64,000 bases of DNA from a virus: the IMG/VR virus record IMGVR_UViG_3300005253_000262, positions 1 through 64,000 of that record. The stretch is one strand, 5' to 3'. A program made the translations under genes and the position numbers. The notes under the pieces are model-generated. The model was not told the origin of the DNA, did not search any database, and saw only the letters and a program-made list of their open reading frames with translations. Shown here one piece after another: positions 17,950 through 27,879 of this stretch; the stretch's first letter is position 1; each line of letters starts with the position of its first letter.

Positions 17950-20619
17950 TTATGCGAACTTCGGCCTCCTAACCTGTGTAAGGGTGTTCTGTGTAGCTGC
18001 CTGAATAATCTGTGGAACCATCTCCACGCGTACCATCTCCCGAATCCTTTCAATAGTGCCCACATCTGCTCCTGGCGCATTGATTTGGATAGTTATACCC
18101 CCACCCATACCCCCACCCATTTGATCGGGACGCCGTACAGTAATCTCCTCGCCTGCCTTGCCAAAGATAGTAACAGCCTTATTATCGGCTCCTCCACTTC
18201 CTGGGATTGTGAATGAGGCACCCTTAGCTGCAGGGACACCAGGGACAGCTGGGGCACCCTGTGTACCGACACCACCACCACGGAACATACCTGCGAACCC
18301 GCTGGTTAAACTCTGAATCAGAGGATCTATAAGCGTTGCGCGTAGAAGGACTCGGAATAATTCACGTGCCAGGTTACGTAGGACCTCGCCAAGTTTCTCG
18401 CCCTTGACGATGACATTCTCGAGAGCATTGCCCATTGCGTTAGCCGACTGCACCGCGGCTTGATTTACGTTATCCTGCAATACGAGGATACCCGACAGTA
18501 GCTTTTGACGCGTTATGAGGAGCTTGTTGATCGCGTCCTCACCTACACCAGCACGACGTAGTTGTTCCTCATAACGAGATAAGGGCTCCAGGATCTGTGC
18601 ATAGATTCGAAGGCTCGCTGGACCCTCAGCGAGTGCCTTTGTCTTCTGACGTAACCTATCTGTTTCCGCGCTAGCACGCTCAAGGGCTCGATTTACACGT
18701 TCCTGTATACGTACGCGGTCCCTCTCTTGGCGTATGATTTCCTCGTTAGCTTTTGTTTGTGCTTGGATCTGTGCAAGCAGAACTCGGAACTTGTTCAGCA
18801 TCTGAATTTGCTTCGCCAGTGGGATGTTGGTAGCTGCGAGGCGTTCTCGGTATGCATCAACTACGGATGTGAACTTGTTGAAAACTTCTAGCGATCCTGG
18901 ACCACGCTGTAGCGCTTCAAGACGCGCCCGCATGACATCCATTTCTCTGGGGATTTCCTCAAGCGCGGTTTTTGTCCGGGCTGCACGTGCCACCGCTTTA
19001 TCGAACCATATACTGAGGTTCTGCAGCCCTACCGTCATACGGAAGAACTCTTCTGCAATGCGTTCTATGTCGTTAGGAATCGGTCCAGAACCCATCTCTA
19101 TCAGCTTCTGCGTTAATGCCCCTACCTCGTCTGTGTTCAATTTCAGAACCTGGAAGAGCGTCTTGAAGCGGGTCATGAAGAGTTCTGGTGCCATTATGCC
19201 CGTATCCATCGAACCCATTACTTCCTCAAAGAGGCGTGTCTGGTCAACAATACCATCTATGGACTTATTGAGGTTCTCGAATACCCTAGTCAGGTTCAAT
19301 GGTTCGAACTTGCTAAGCTTCTCAAGTTTGTCATTAAACTTATCTAGATTGTCACCTGACTCGTCAATCACACCGCCCATAGACTGGAGGACAAATGTTG
19401 CACCTTTGAGGGCATCCGTGCCAATCTTCGTAATACCAACGCCTCTATCAACCTTCTGTAGGAAGAGTGTCCATGCAGTTCCTAGGTTGCTTGTGGCGCC
19501 AGCAAGTGAATCTACGTTCTTTAATCCCTTGTCTCCTATGGACTCGCGGAGGGTTTTGGCAAACTTGGGTAGGAAGTCATCACTAATAACCTCGCCTGCT
19601 TTGAGTAGTTTGCCAAGCTCGCGTGTAGTGACCTTCATCGCTTTCGCAGCGAGTCGGAATGCACCTGGGAGTCTCTCACCTAACTGACCCCGAAGCTCCT
19701 CAGCTTGCACTGTGCCCTTGGACATCATCTGTTCAATAGCACGGAAGATACCTTCGACCTCCACACCACTTAGGCGGAGTGCAGCTGCGGCATTAGAGAC
19801 AGAAAGGAAGATGTCTCGTGTCTTCTGCCCCTCGAGGGCGGTGCCACGAGATGCTGCAGCCAGTCTGGAATACGATCGACCTAGGGTGTTAATCTGCAGC
19901 CCTAACTTCTGTGCCGTCTTGAGAACAAAGTTCATCTCACGGCGGCCTCCTGCAACACTACCAGTGGCTAATTCGAAGCGTGCTTGGAACTTCTCGAACT
20001 CCCTAGACGACCTGAGGACAGCAGCACCTAGCTTAGCTACTGCAAGTACCGCAAGTGTTATACCTGCGATCCATGCGCCAAGTACGAGGTTCCCGCGACC
20101 AGCAATGACACTGATAGCCCTGATCCTGGCGCCAATACCACTAAGAGGACCAACAGCGAGTACGGCGGATGTTTCAAGGTCCTTGAAGATCAAGCTCATC
20201 CGCGCTAGCCCTTTACCTCCACGCGATGCTGCTGCTTGTACTTCATTAAGGGCACGACGTGATCGCCCAAGTTTGGCTGTGAATGCATCCTGGGATCGGG
20301 CGAATTGGATGGCAGTAACCTTACCAGAGGTCATCTCCCGAGTCAGCTTTCTAAAGGCGTTGGAGACTCGGGCGATTTGCTCAGCAGGGGCGCCAGCTTT
20401 TCGGAGTTGCTGTTGGAGTGCTAGTGTCTGCTGGAATGCCTTCTTGATGGCAGTTTCCTGCCGCGACATTGCCTTAGCAACGTTCTGTGCGCCCTTAGAC
20501 TGTGAACGGGCAACTTGGTTTGTCTTACGCTGGAATTGATCAAGCTGCTGGATTGCTTTCTTTAGCCCAGCAGTATTGGCATCGACACCAAAATTTAGCG
20601 ATCCTATGTTCAGAGCCAC
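17950..20619 (-). CDS. tape measure protein
   Basis: QMMSKGTVQAEELRGQLGERLPGA tape-measure motif; helical, Ala/Gly-rich 889 aa. Confidence 0.92.
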   Translation of the reverse strand: MALNIGSLNFGVDANTAGLKKAIQQLDQFQRKTNQVARSQSKGAQNVAKAMSRQETAIKKAFQQTLALQQQLRKAGAPAEQIARVSNAFRKLTREMTSGKVTAIQFARSQDAFTAKLGRSRRALNEVQAAASRGGKGLARMSLIFKDLETSAVLAVGPLSGIGARIRAISVIAGRGNLVLGAWIAGITLAVLAVAKLGAAVLRSSREFEKFQARFELATGSVAGGRREMNFVLKTAQKLGLQINTLGRSYSRLAAASRGTALEGQKTRDIFLSVSNAAAALRLSGVEVEGIFRAIEQMMSKGTVQAEELRGQLGERLPGAFRLAAKAMKVTTRELGKLLKAGEVISDDFLPKFAKTLRESIGDKGLKNVDSLAGATSNLGTAWTLFLQKVDRGVGITKIGTDALKGATFVLQSMGGVIDESGDNLDKFNDKLEKLSKFEPLNLTRVFENLNKSIDGIVDQTRLFEEVMGSMDTGIMAPELFMTRFKTLFQVLKLNTDEVGALTQKLIEMGSGPIPNDIERIAEEFFRMTVGLQNLSIWFDKAVARAARTKTALEEIPREMDVMRARLEALQRGPGSLEVFNKFTSVVDAYRERLAATNIPLAKQIQMLNKFRVLLAQIQAQTKANEEIIRQERDRVRIQERVNRALERASAETDRLRQKTKALAEGPASLRIYAQILEPLSRYEEQLRRAGVGEDAINKLLITRQKLLSGILVLQDNVNQAAVQSANAMGNALENVIVKGEKLGEVLRNLARELFRVLLRATLIDPLIQSLTSGFAGMFRGGGVGTQGAPAVPGVPAAKGASFTIPGSGGADNKAVTIFGKAGEEITVRRPDQMGGGMGGGITIQINAPGADVGTIERIREMVRVEMVPQIIQAATQNTLTQVRRPKFA

Positions 20620-20633
20620 TGATTACTCCATTC

Positions 20634-20813
20634 TCAGAACTTCCCCGCACCTTGTCTAGCTGCAGCTACTCTGCGGGCACGTTCCTGTTCCTTAGCGTCC
20701 AAATTCCGAGCTGCGATGAATAGCATTACGTCTTCTGTCGTAGCGTCCTCGGTAACCTCGTGTATGAACTTACCAATCGCGATGCTGTAGTCTACGACTG
20801 CTCGGATAAAGGG
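20634..20813 (-). CDS. -1 frameshift extension of tail assembly chaperone (gpGT-like)
   Basis: Slippery heptamer C CCT TTA at 20813-20807. The -1 frame reads PFIRAVVDYSIAIGKFIHEV...RQGAGKF to TGA 20634, just before the tape measure gene. Confidence 0.8.
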   Translation of the reverse strand, partial: PFIRAVVDYSIAIGKFIHEVTEDATTEDVMLFIAARNLDAKEQERARRVAAARQGAGKF

Positions 20814-21205
20814 TCTCTCAGTAGTCTCTCCTCTAGTGCCTCGATGTCGATACCAGACAATCGCGCAATGGCGTTTTGAATTTCGAGGACGTCCTCACCG
20901 AAGGGCCAGCCAAGGATCACATCTCGATCTGTATCCTCGAAGATACGCTCGTTAGTACCAGGTACAAACGCGTACTGCACAATCATCTCGATCGTGCGCG
21001 TCTTGGTGTCGGCGATTTCCCGTGCATCCAGCATACTGCCAAATGAGGGTTGCCGTAGCTCGACGTCTTCACCGAACAACGTGACCATCTCGATCTTTGG
21101 CTTAGCCTTCGTGCCTAGGAGGCGCCCACGTAAATCATCGCGAGTTAGGAGTGATGATTCCTCCACGCCCTGCGTTCCTGCTACCTTTGTTGCTGCTTTG
21201 TTCAT
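20792..21205 (-). CDS. tail assembly chaperone (gpG-like)
   Basis: Between tail tube and tape measure; VELRQPS, FEDTD; slippery site near the 3' end. Confidence 0.85.
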   Translation of the reverse strand: MNKAATKVAGTQGVEESSLLTRDDLRGRLLGTKAKPKIEMVTLFGEDVELRQPSFGSMLDAREIADTKTRTIEMIVQYAFVPGTNERIFEDTDRDVILGWPFGEDVLEIQNAIARLSGIDIEALEERLLRDPLSEQS

Positions 21206-21235
21206 TTCATTTGCCTTTGTCAGTTACGATATGTA

Positions 21236-21421
21236 TTACCCTGAGTAGTCCCTGTCTGCCGACTTGGTAGCCTTCAGTTGTTCATGTGTGCTGGCGCACT
21301 GCTGAAGTAGCGATTGACACTGCGTTGCACCACGAAAGTCCTCAGCGTTGTTAAGCGCGTCAACCATCGCTCTCAGGTCCTTCTTAATTCCCTCAAACTT
21401 CTGCCCTATGTTCATGCTCAT
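21236..21421 (-). CDS. small hypothetical protein
   Basis: aggag SD; fills the gap between tail tube and chaperone. Confidence 0.55.
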   Translation of the reverse strand: MSMNIGQKFEGIKKDLRAMVDALNNAEDFRGATQCQSLLQQCASTHEQLKATKSADRDYSG

Positions 21422-21444
21422 GTTGTTCTCCTGCTTGCCTAGTG

Positions 21445-22509
21445 TTAGACTGTAGTAAATGCACCTGTCCCCTGCAGTTCTGCAACGAATATGTTCATGT
21501 TACTCAGTCCGCCTGAAAGCGAAATGTCCGTGACCATGAAGTTGCCTTCCTTGGCATCGAGTGGTGACTGCCCAGTTGCACCCTGCGGTAGGTACTGCAC
21601 ATCATAGGTGTTGAGTTCTGTCAACCACGACACCAGTAGATCCTGAATCGCCTGGTTCAGTGTCGTTGCTGTATGCCGCCAGTTGAATGGAAGTGCTACA
21701 GCGGGGTTCGTGGTCTCGTCAGGAACCGTCAGCTGGAAGTTTATTGTCTCTTCCTCGAGTGCGCCAACGGCCCCTCCTTGCCCTGTATTCACCATCTTGA
21801 AGAAGCCTCGAGCTATCGAAGACCCATCACCTGCAGGGTCGATCTCGATAATCAGCTCGGTGCGTGCGATAACATCGGCTGCTGCAGCTTCGGCATCATC
21901 GAAGATGCCTCCCAACTCCAGTGCTACGGTACGCAAACCCGCAGTGAAGATGCGATGTCCCGAGTTAGCCTGAGCTGAGATGAAGTCCGACTCGTCGACA
22001 GCCTCAGTCGTCATCGTAAGGTTATACGTATTTGGCCTTGCTATGGTCACGGTTGGGAAGTATTTGCCCGTTGCTGTTACGGCACCGGTGGGTGTGAACG
22101 ACGCGACGAACGTGACCCTACCAAATAGGTAGTCGATGTTGAGGATGTCTGCCGAGGCTATGGATCCACCCGTGTCGAGGATGTCCATCGTGGCTTCGGA
22201 GCGATCCCAGATTTCTTTTGTAGCGTCGTCGATGGAATATGTCTTACCACTAACAAGCGTCATAGCCTCGGCAGTGAATGTTGTGGCTGTGCCGTGTTTC
22301 TTGATCTCCGCCTTATACCCAGAGAAGCCTTTGAAGATGCCGTTAGCACTTATACCCCAACCGACCATTCCGATATCGGTGGACCCATATGTCTGTCCGA
22401 GGATCGTGTCATCTACTGGCTCTGACTCGGCATTGAAGCTGCCCTCTGAACCTGGCAGGGCAACGTAGACGGAGCCACCATCGGTGGAAATTTGAATTAC
22501 TTTGGCCAT
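21445..22509 (-). CDS. major tail tube protein
   Basis: Position after the tail terminator; C-terminal LQGTGA; tube-like VDxT/S...G...W/L motifs. Confidence 0.8.
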   Translation of the reverse strand: MAKVIQISTDGGSVYVALPGSEGSFNAESEPVDDTILGQTYGSTDIGMVGWGISANGIFKGFSGYKAEIKKHGTATTFTAEAMTLVSGKTYSIDDATKEIWDRSEATMDILDTGGSIASADILNIDYLFGRVTFVASFTPTGAVTATGKYFPTVTIARPNTYNLTMTTEAVDESDFISAQANSGHRIFTAGLRTVALELGGIFDDAEAAAADVIARTELIIEIDPAGDGSSIARGFFKMVNTGQGGAVGALEEETINFQLTVPDETTNPAVALPFNWRHTATTLNQAIQDLLVSWLTELNTYDVQYLPQGATGQSPLDAKEGNFMVTDISLSGGLSNMNIFVAELQGTGAFTTV

Positions 22510-22520
22510 TACATTTCTCC

Positions 22521-22937
22521 TTAGAGAACAACCCTATTAGATTCAGCGGTTAAGGCGGGCTCGATAATCATTGCTAGGTTCAGCACAAATAGCGGACGAT
22601 TATTCTCATCGCGCCCAATAAACCCCAGATCGCCATTCTGGGTTATAGAGACCATACGGTCCCCACCAATATCCTGCGAGTCGAGCCCCAGCAGCAAATC
22701 CTTCACTGCTTGGCCCTCATCACGCGTGGCTAGATACTCACCGACTTCGCCCCGCACCATTATCTGTGCAGTGGGGAAATCCAGTAGATACCTTGGATTC
22801 GGTTCCACACCAACCGTATCAGTAAGCATAATGACTTTATCAGGCTTCGGGGGCATAGCGCCCGTCTCTAGCTGCCAGCCAGAGACCCCCACGTGTGTAG
22901 TGAGTAGCGAGCGTAAATGTTCTGTTGGGGCTGTCAC
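22521..22937 (-). CDS. tail terminator-like protein
   Basis: MPxxPD, PTAQIMVRG, IGRDENNRP motifs; synteny. Confidence 0.75.
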   Translation of the reverse strand: MTAPTEHLRSLLTTHVGVSGWQLETGAMPPKPDKVIMLTDTVGVEPNPRYLLDFPTAQIMVRGEVGEYLATRDEGQAVKDLLLGLDSQDIGGDRMVSITQNGDLGFIGRDENNRPLFVLNLAMIIEPALTAESNRVVL

Positions 22938-23398
22938 TTGCTGAGTCCTGTGTTCTTCTGATAAAACAGTGCCACACGGCGCCGGAAGTCATCAATGTGC
23001 GTATTTATGGCCGTCTCCAGGAACTTAGCCTGTGTTGGCGGTGCATGATGTATATCGAGGCGTTCGTGGACGAATCCAGCGTAGTGAGGCCGTCCATGTC
23101 GTGCATATCCAATAACGGCAGAAGCCCCTGTGGCTGTCTTGCGTACCTCAACGAACCCTGATGCCTTCAGAGTGCCTTCATCTACTGGCACGAGCCGCTG
23201 CGATTCGTCGAAGATAGGCTTCAGGCCAAACCGGATTGCTTCAGGTGTTATGTTGTCGATGTAGTTTATCACCTTTAGGAGGTTCTGCTTAATGACACTC
23301 GCCTGGTCACGGATCGACTTGATGTAGGCCTTCTCCGACGGCGACGCTGCTACAGTACGGCGAACACGCCCTATGTTTAATTGGAGTGGGTCAGCCAT
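22934..23398 (-). CDS. HK97 gp10-like tail completion/neck protein
   Basis: VPVDEGTLKAS, YAGFVHE and AKFLE motifs. Confidence 0.8.
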   Translation of the reverse strand: MADPLQLNIGRVRRTVAASPSEKAYIKSIRDQASVIKQNLLKVINYIDNITPEAIRFGLKPIFDESQRLVPVDEGTLKASGFVEVRKTATGASAVIGYARHGRPHYAGFVHERLDIHHAPPTQAKFLETAINTHIDDFRRRVALFYQKNTGLSK

Positions 23399-23733
23399 TA
23401 GAGAAATACCTTCCGTAGTGCCTCTAGGGCACGAAGATCTGTGCTCCTATGATAGTTACGTGACCTGAATGCGTTATCAAGCGTTGTAGGATCGGCTGTT
23501 GCTGTAAGATCGCCTAATCCGAAGTAGTCACCCACATCGATGTCCACTCCGAGGTATACAATCGCGTTGCTAACCACTTCTTCGTTCTCGAGGGTTCGGA
23601 AGAGTACAGCTTTGTCTTCCCAGCGCCCCTTAAGCTTGATAGGCGTACCGAATGTGAATCCGCCGTAACTATCACTGCCTGTAACAGGCCAGTGGGTTAC
23701 GTCTTCTTTCAGGTAGCGTGATGCGAGAGTCAT
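23398..23733 (-). CDS. head closure / head-tail joining protein
   Basis: DSYGG...P...RWEDK pattern; size and synteny. Confidence 0.7.
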   Translation of the reverse strand: MTLASRYLKEDVTHWPVTGSDSYGGFTFGTPIKLKGRWEDKAVLFRTLENEEVVSNAIVYLGVDIDVGDYFGLGDLTATADPTTLDNAFRSRNYHRSTDLRALEALRKVFL

Positions 23734-24104
23734 TATATCACCCTGAATTCCGCTTTGGCATTTGTCATACCGAGACTAGCCAGGGTGCCTGAGGTATCGA
23801 GTGTAAGGGCCATCTGACCGTAGCGAGTGGACCTGAAGCCATCTTTATAGACGTTGGCGAGGGACTCACCGGCATCACCCATCTTGGATCGAGTAAGGCC
23901 GCCTCTCTCTTCAGTAAGGGCTACGAGATGGGCTGCTAGGTACAGCTCGATCTTTACAAGGATTGGTTCAGGGTGTCCAGCACTAAGGAGGTGGGTATCT
24001 ACGTAGAGGTTCGCCGTATCGATCATGTGGGCGAGGACATCTTCATCGGACTTACTAGTATCGATGATTGCCTTGACACCCTCTCCCGTAACCCTAGCAC
24101 TCAC
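23733..24104 (-). CDS. head-tail adaptor protein
   Basis: LYLAAH and STRYGQ motifs. Confidence 0.75.
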   Translation of the reverse strand: MSARVTGEGVKAIIDTSKSDEDVLAHMIDTANLYVDTHLLSAGHPEPILVKIELYLAAHLVALTEERGGLTRSKMGDAGESLANVYKDGFRSTRYGQMALTLDTSGTLASLGMTNAKAEFRVI

Positions 24105-24109
24105 CTAGA

Positions 24110-24448
24110 CTACGACTCGTCCGAGCCGCCTCCAGCGCCTTCATCGGCAGCACCACTGGCGCCATCATCTTCACTGCCACCAGCACTAGCAGCATCACCG
24201 CCTTCACCAGCGGCTTCGTCATCTTTTACTTCGACTTCCGCTTCTGCTGCAGCTAACTCAGCTTGTGCGGTGGCTATGCTAGCGGATTGAAGACGATGTG
24301 TGAATGAATCGGCACACGACTTCGTAACTGTGACTTTAGTTCCGGGCTTGGCAGAGAACCGTTCGCCTGTGTTAGGATTAATCGCGCTGAAGCTTTTGCT
24401 CCCGATAACTACGCGCTCCACCGTCTGCTCTTGTTTTGCCTTTGTCAT
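24110..24448 (-). CDS. hypothetical protein with acidic, Gly/Ala-rich tail
   Basis: Typical small gene after the major capsid gene. Confidence 0.55.
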   Translation of the reverse strand: MTKAKQEQTVERVVIGSKSFSAINPNTGERFSAKPGTKVTVTKSCADSFTHRLQSASIATAQAELAAAEAEVEVKDDEAAGEGGDAASAGGSEDDGASGAADEGAGGGSDES

Positions 24449-24472
24449 AATAGTTCTCGCTTGTTAAAGGGC

Positions 24473-24494
24473 TCCCCCTCATAATGAGGGGGAT
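24473..24494 (-). terminator. hairpin after major capsid gene
   Basis: tccccctcat-a-atgaggggga inverted repeat. Confidence 0.5.
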
Positions 24495-24516
24495 ATAACC
24501 TTCAGCACACTACGTA

Positions 24517-25518
24517 TTAGCTGTAGTGTACGATGCCTGACTGACCTGTTACGGTTGAACGTACCCGCGGGATCATGATCGACATGACCTTGAAGTGTAG
24601 CATCATGCCGCCCTGAGTTTCCCACTGAACCGTTGTCGGCTGGAGTCCAACGACCTCGTCGATGACGTCACTTGTCATCTGGAGCATGATCGACTCACTC
24701 GCTGGCACATCCTTCGATGGGATGATGTTGGAGATGTCGGGAATCTCCTTGATGCGCTGCATCGTGGTCTTGTCGCTGGCGGCTTTGAAGTCCTCCATCA
24801 TGTTGTTCCACGAGGGGTAGTTCACCAGGAGCACGTACGGCCCGTACATGTCGTCGCCTTGTGCATCGGCGATCATGGCGAGGACGTCAGTGAGGATTTG
24901 ATCGCCTGTTGCGGCGCTATCCCAGTCGGCTGACTGAGCTCCCGTGCTACGATTGCCCTCCGTAGTCAGCCCGAAGATCTGAGCTGCACCTACACGTGTT
25001 GCGTGACCAAGAATAACCATCGATTCCGTTGTTTCCGCAACTAGACGGCCTGCTAGTGCAGCTTGCGCTGTATCAAGAGGCTGTCCCAGTCTGCGTGAAG
25101 CGTGAAGCTTCCGGACGTTGATGGTGAAGTCCTTGTGGATGATCGGAAGCGGCATGCTCAGGAGGGTGAACTCGAGGATGTCCTGCTCGCCTCGTGATAC
25201 GCCGTCCATTGAGACATCGGCCGGCTCCATGTCACTGACCTGTTCCCACTCGAGGATGGTCGTGCCAAGTCCGTCACTGATGTTAAAAGACAACCCCGCG
25301 GCGATAAGTGCAGTCACCAGTGGTAGGCGTTGCCGCGCTACCTCGATAAGCTTTGTATCGAACTGCAGCCATTCTTCTTTACGAAGGGTGGCATTCGTGC
25401 GGAGTGCATTGACATTGAAGCCATTCCCCAGAAGGACGTTGGCGACATTGCTTGACGCGTGTAGCCCGCCCCGATCCGCATGGATGGTATCAATATGTAC
25501 ACCATTTGCAAGTTGCAT
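24517..25518 (-). CDS. major capsid protein (HK97 fold, encapsulin/linocin-like subtype)
   Basis: LRKEEW..D...A..RL, PLPIIHKDF.I..R.L.AS, YGPY and SGIVH; follows the protease and decoration genes. Confidence 0.85.
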   Translation of the reverse strand: MQLANGVHIDTIHADRGGLHASSNVANVLLGNGFNVNALRTNATLRKEEWLQFDTKLIEVARQRLPLVTALIAAGLSFNISDGLGTTILEWEQVSDMEPADVSMDGVSRGEQDILEFTLLSMPLPIIHKDFTINVRKLHASRRLGQPLDTAQAALAGRLVAETTESMVILGHATRVGAAQIFGLTTEGNRSTGAQSADWDSAATGDQILTDVLAMIADAQGDDMYGPYVLLVNYPSWNNMMEDFKAASDKTTMQRIKEIPDISNIIPSKDVPASESIMLQMTSDVIDEVVGLQPTTVQWETQGGMMLHFKVMSIMIPRVRSTVTGQSGIVHYS

Positions 25519-25544
25519 GTTCTTACTCCTGTTCGGGGTGTAGG

Positions 25545-25976
25545 TTAGAATACTTCGAGCACGAAGCGGAGACCGACGGTAGCAGTGGTAACTGCTTTAC
25601 CAACCACTGAATGGCGCTCCGTATCGTCGGTTGCGACATCAGTTGCGAGGGTTACCAGCCGGCCATCACCCTCGGATTCAACGATGTCTTCGGCTGTTAC
25701 GCCGCCAGTGCCAGCGATCGCGTAGACCTTAGAGCCGGCAGGGAAGACGCCATACAGCAACGTATCGTTGTCTGCATAGTCATCGTCGATACCGTTGCCG
25801 ACGATGTCGTTCTCCACCGCGAATTTGGGTACCATGGTACCGCCAGCTACGGCATGTACGATTAGGTCCGTATCGGGGCCCTGAAGCAAGTGACCCGGGG
25901 TTACCACGCCAGCAGCAAGACCTTCCCTGCGAACGACAAGGTCATTACCCAGGACGGTAATTGTTTTGATAGCCAT
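25545..25976 (-). CDS. capsid decoration/cement protein
   Basis: TPGHL, FAVE, ESxGDG.L; position just upstream of the capsid gene. Confidence 0.7.
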   Translation of the reverse strand: MAIKTITVLGNDLVVRREGLAAGVVTPGHLLQGPDTDLIVHAVAGGTMVPKFAVENDIVGNGIDDDYADNDTLLYGVFPAGSKVYAIAGTGGVTAEDIVESEGDGRLVTLATDVATDDTERHSVVGKAVTTATVGLRFVLEVF

Positions 25977-26003
25977 CAGTACTACTCCTGTTAAAGGCTG
26001 GCG

Positions 26004-27572
26004 TTATGCTGCGTCAGCTTCTTGGGTTGGGTTGAGGTCGAAGAGCTTCGGCGCCGGCGGAATTTCGTCGTCGTTGACGCGCAGTGTGGATATGTTCGCA
26101 CCGCCCCCTTCGAAGGAAATATCGGTTGATAGCGCGGCGATGCTCTCTAATTCACCAAGAGGCTTCGCTTCCAGCTGCGCCTCGGTAAATGTGTTACGAG
26201 CGTTTGCCCTGATAGCAGTGACGAGCGCATCCTTACGCTGCTTATGCATCTGTACACCCGAGTTGAGGACTTCTTGGACTTCCGCGGGAGCCTCGGCGAT
26301 ATAGGCCTCAGTGGTAACCGGAGGCGTGTCGCCAGCTTCGATTGCAGCAAGCCGGGCAGTTTCCGCTTCCTCGGCGACACGAGTTGCTTCAGCTTCAGCT
26401 TCAGCGTCGGCATTTACGACTGGCGACATCTTCTTCAGCTGTTCCTCGTCGAGGCCGTTAAGCCATTCTTTGTCGTCATCGGTGTACTGAGTTGCTTCGT
26501 TGGCAATCAGGCCGTTCACGAATTCCTCTTTGTTCATAGCGTTCTCCTGGATAGTGCTATCGGCTTCGTTGTCGGTGATTACCTCAACCGGTACGAATTT
26601 TGTTACGGGCCTCACTCTTACTGCGTCAGCCCCGATCGTAATGTTTCCGTCGTTTATTGCAAATGTGCGTTCGAAAAGTGCCTCGCCGAAGCCCACTTCG
26701 TATACGAAGCTGCCAGAATCGTCCGAACCTCCGAACACCCCAATGATGAAGGTGAACCTATCTTCCACTGCATCCAATGCATTGTTTAGCGCAGCACGTG
26801 TATCACTATCGCTAAGGTTCTCTGAGCTGTCGCGGAAGCTAAACCAGGCAGCGCCTTTCTCCATAAGTGTCTGGAATATGCTCTTCTGGCCATCCTCATC
26901 GGTGTCGCTGTTAATAATGACCGTCTGGCTTTCGCAATTGGCATTGAGCTGGCATGCACGCATTACTGGGTGCATCTTGTTCGTTCGCGGCGCGCCACAA
27001 CCATCTTCGATACTGCATGCTCCTGGTACACCTTCGGGAAGTACTGCGAGGTGATCTGGTACGATGTTGCGCCAGATCGCTTCGAAGTGCTCACCGTCGA
27101 AGTCGCCATCCACTATCTCGTTCATCGTGAACATGCCTGTCGAGACTTCGATAACCTCGTCACCGGACTTCAGCTTCTCAACAGTTTTCTGTGCTTCCTC
27201 GCTGAGGTTGGTCACAAGGGCATTGTCGATCCAAATCTCGGTCTTGAGCTTGATGCCATCGAGCTTGGTGTTGAACAGCTGTCCGAAGGAGTTACCCTCC
27301 AGAACATCAGGGGAGCTAGCAGATACGGGTACGCCGTCAATCTTTGGGTGACCGAATACAACCGGACGACCATTCCATCCTTGAGGAAAGCGCCCAAATT
27401 CTTCGGCGAGTGCAAGTTCTGGTGCTGCAGCATTAGCTGGCCATAGTACACCCTCCACGAGTGCGACACAAGGAATCACAGTATGTTCAGCACCACGAAA
27501 TTCCGCTGTGCGAATGCCTGCCACGTCCGGAGTAGCCTGGACGGATAACATCACGCGTTTTGCCTGCGGCAT
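26004..27572 (-). CDS. prohead protease/scaffold (DUF2213-like)
   Basis: WNGRPVVFGHP, EVSTG, PDHLAVLP..GACS..DGCG; acidic helical C-terminus; start at MPQAK because the upstream TTG lies in a promoter. Confidence 0.85.
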   Translation of the reverse strand: MPQAKRVMLSVQATPDVAGIRTAEFRGAEHTVIPCVALVEGVLWPANAAAPELALAEEFGRFPQGWNGRPVVFGHPKIDGVPVSASSPDVLEGNSFGQLFNTKLDGIKLKTEIWIDNALVTNLSEEAQKTVEKLKSGDEVIEVSTGMFTMNEIVDGDFDGEHFEAIWRNIVPDHLAVLPEGVPGACSIEDGCGAPRTNKMHPVMRACQLNANCESQTVIINSDTDEDGQKSIFQTLMEKGAAWFSFRDSSENLSDSDTRAALNNALDAVEDRFTFIIGVFGGSDDSGSFVYEVGFGEALFERTFAINDGNITIGADAVRVRPVTKFVPVEVITDNEADSTIQENAMNKEEFVNGLIANEATQYTDDDKEWLNGLDEEQLKKMSPVVNADAEAEAEATRVAEEAETARLAAIEAGDTPPVTTEAYIAEAPAEVQEVLNSGVQMHKQRKDALVTAIRANARNTFTEAQLEAKPLGELESIAALSTDISFEGGGANISTLRVNDDEIPPAPKLFDLNPTQEADAA

Positions 27573-27597
27573 AATACTGACCTCTGCTAGTATCTTT

Positions 27598-27626
27598 ATT
27601 ATAACTGTTCGTCGAGTAAAAATCAA
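27598..27626 (-). promoter_or_regulatory. sigma70-like promoter for head genes
   Basis: TTGATT-N17-TATAAT on the minus strand. Confidence 0.7.
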
Positions 27627-27648
27627 CTGGTCTTAAGAGTACCTCGGT

Positions 27649-27879
27649 CTAAGCAAGCTTTGCTTCGATCTGAGTGACATGTTTGCTGATGCCATCAACC
27701 TTGTCACTCAGCTTAGTATGGCTTTTCTCTATTCGGGTTGTGTTGCCGTCTACGTGTTTCACAGCCATTTCACACTTGGCTACGGCAACCTTAAGCTTCA
27801 CGAACGCTGCAACTCCTGCGCCTAGGAGTACAATTGATTGGCCAAGAAAGAACAGTCCAACTTCCATTAATGGAGTCAC
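27649..27879 (-). CDS. small membrane-anchored coiled-coil protein (lysis region)
   Basis: One N-terminal TM helix followed by heptads. Confidence 0.55.
   Translation of the reverse strand: MTPLMEVGLFFLGQSIVLLGAGVAAFVKLKVAVAKCEMAVKHVDGNTTRIEKSHTKLSDKVDGISKHVTQIEAKLA

Noticed and set aside
18824-20539. Long + strand ORFs (287 and 275 aa) opposite the tape measure gene
   Set aside because: Ser/Ala/Arg-rich antisense shadows of a well-supported gene; no SD or motifs
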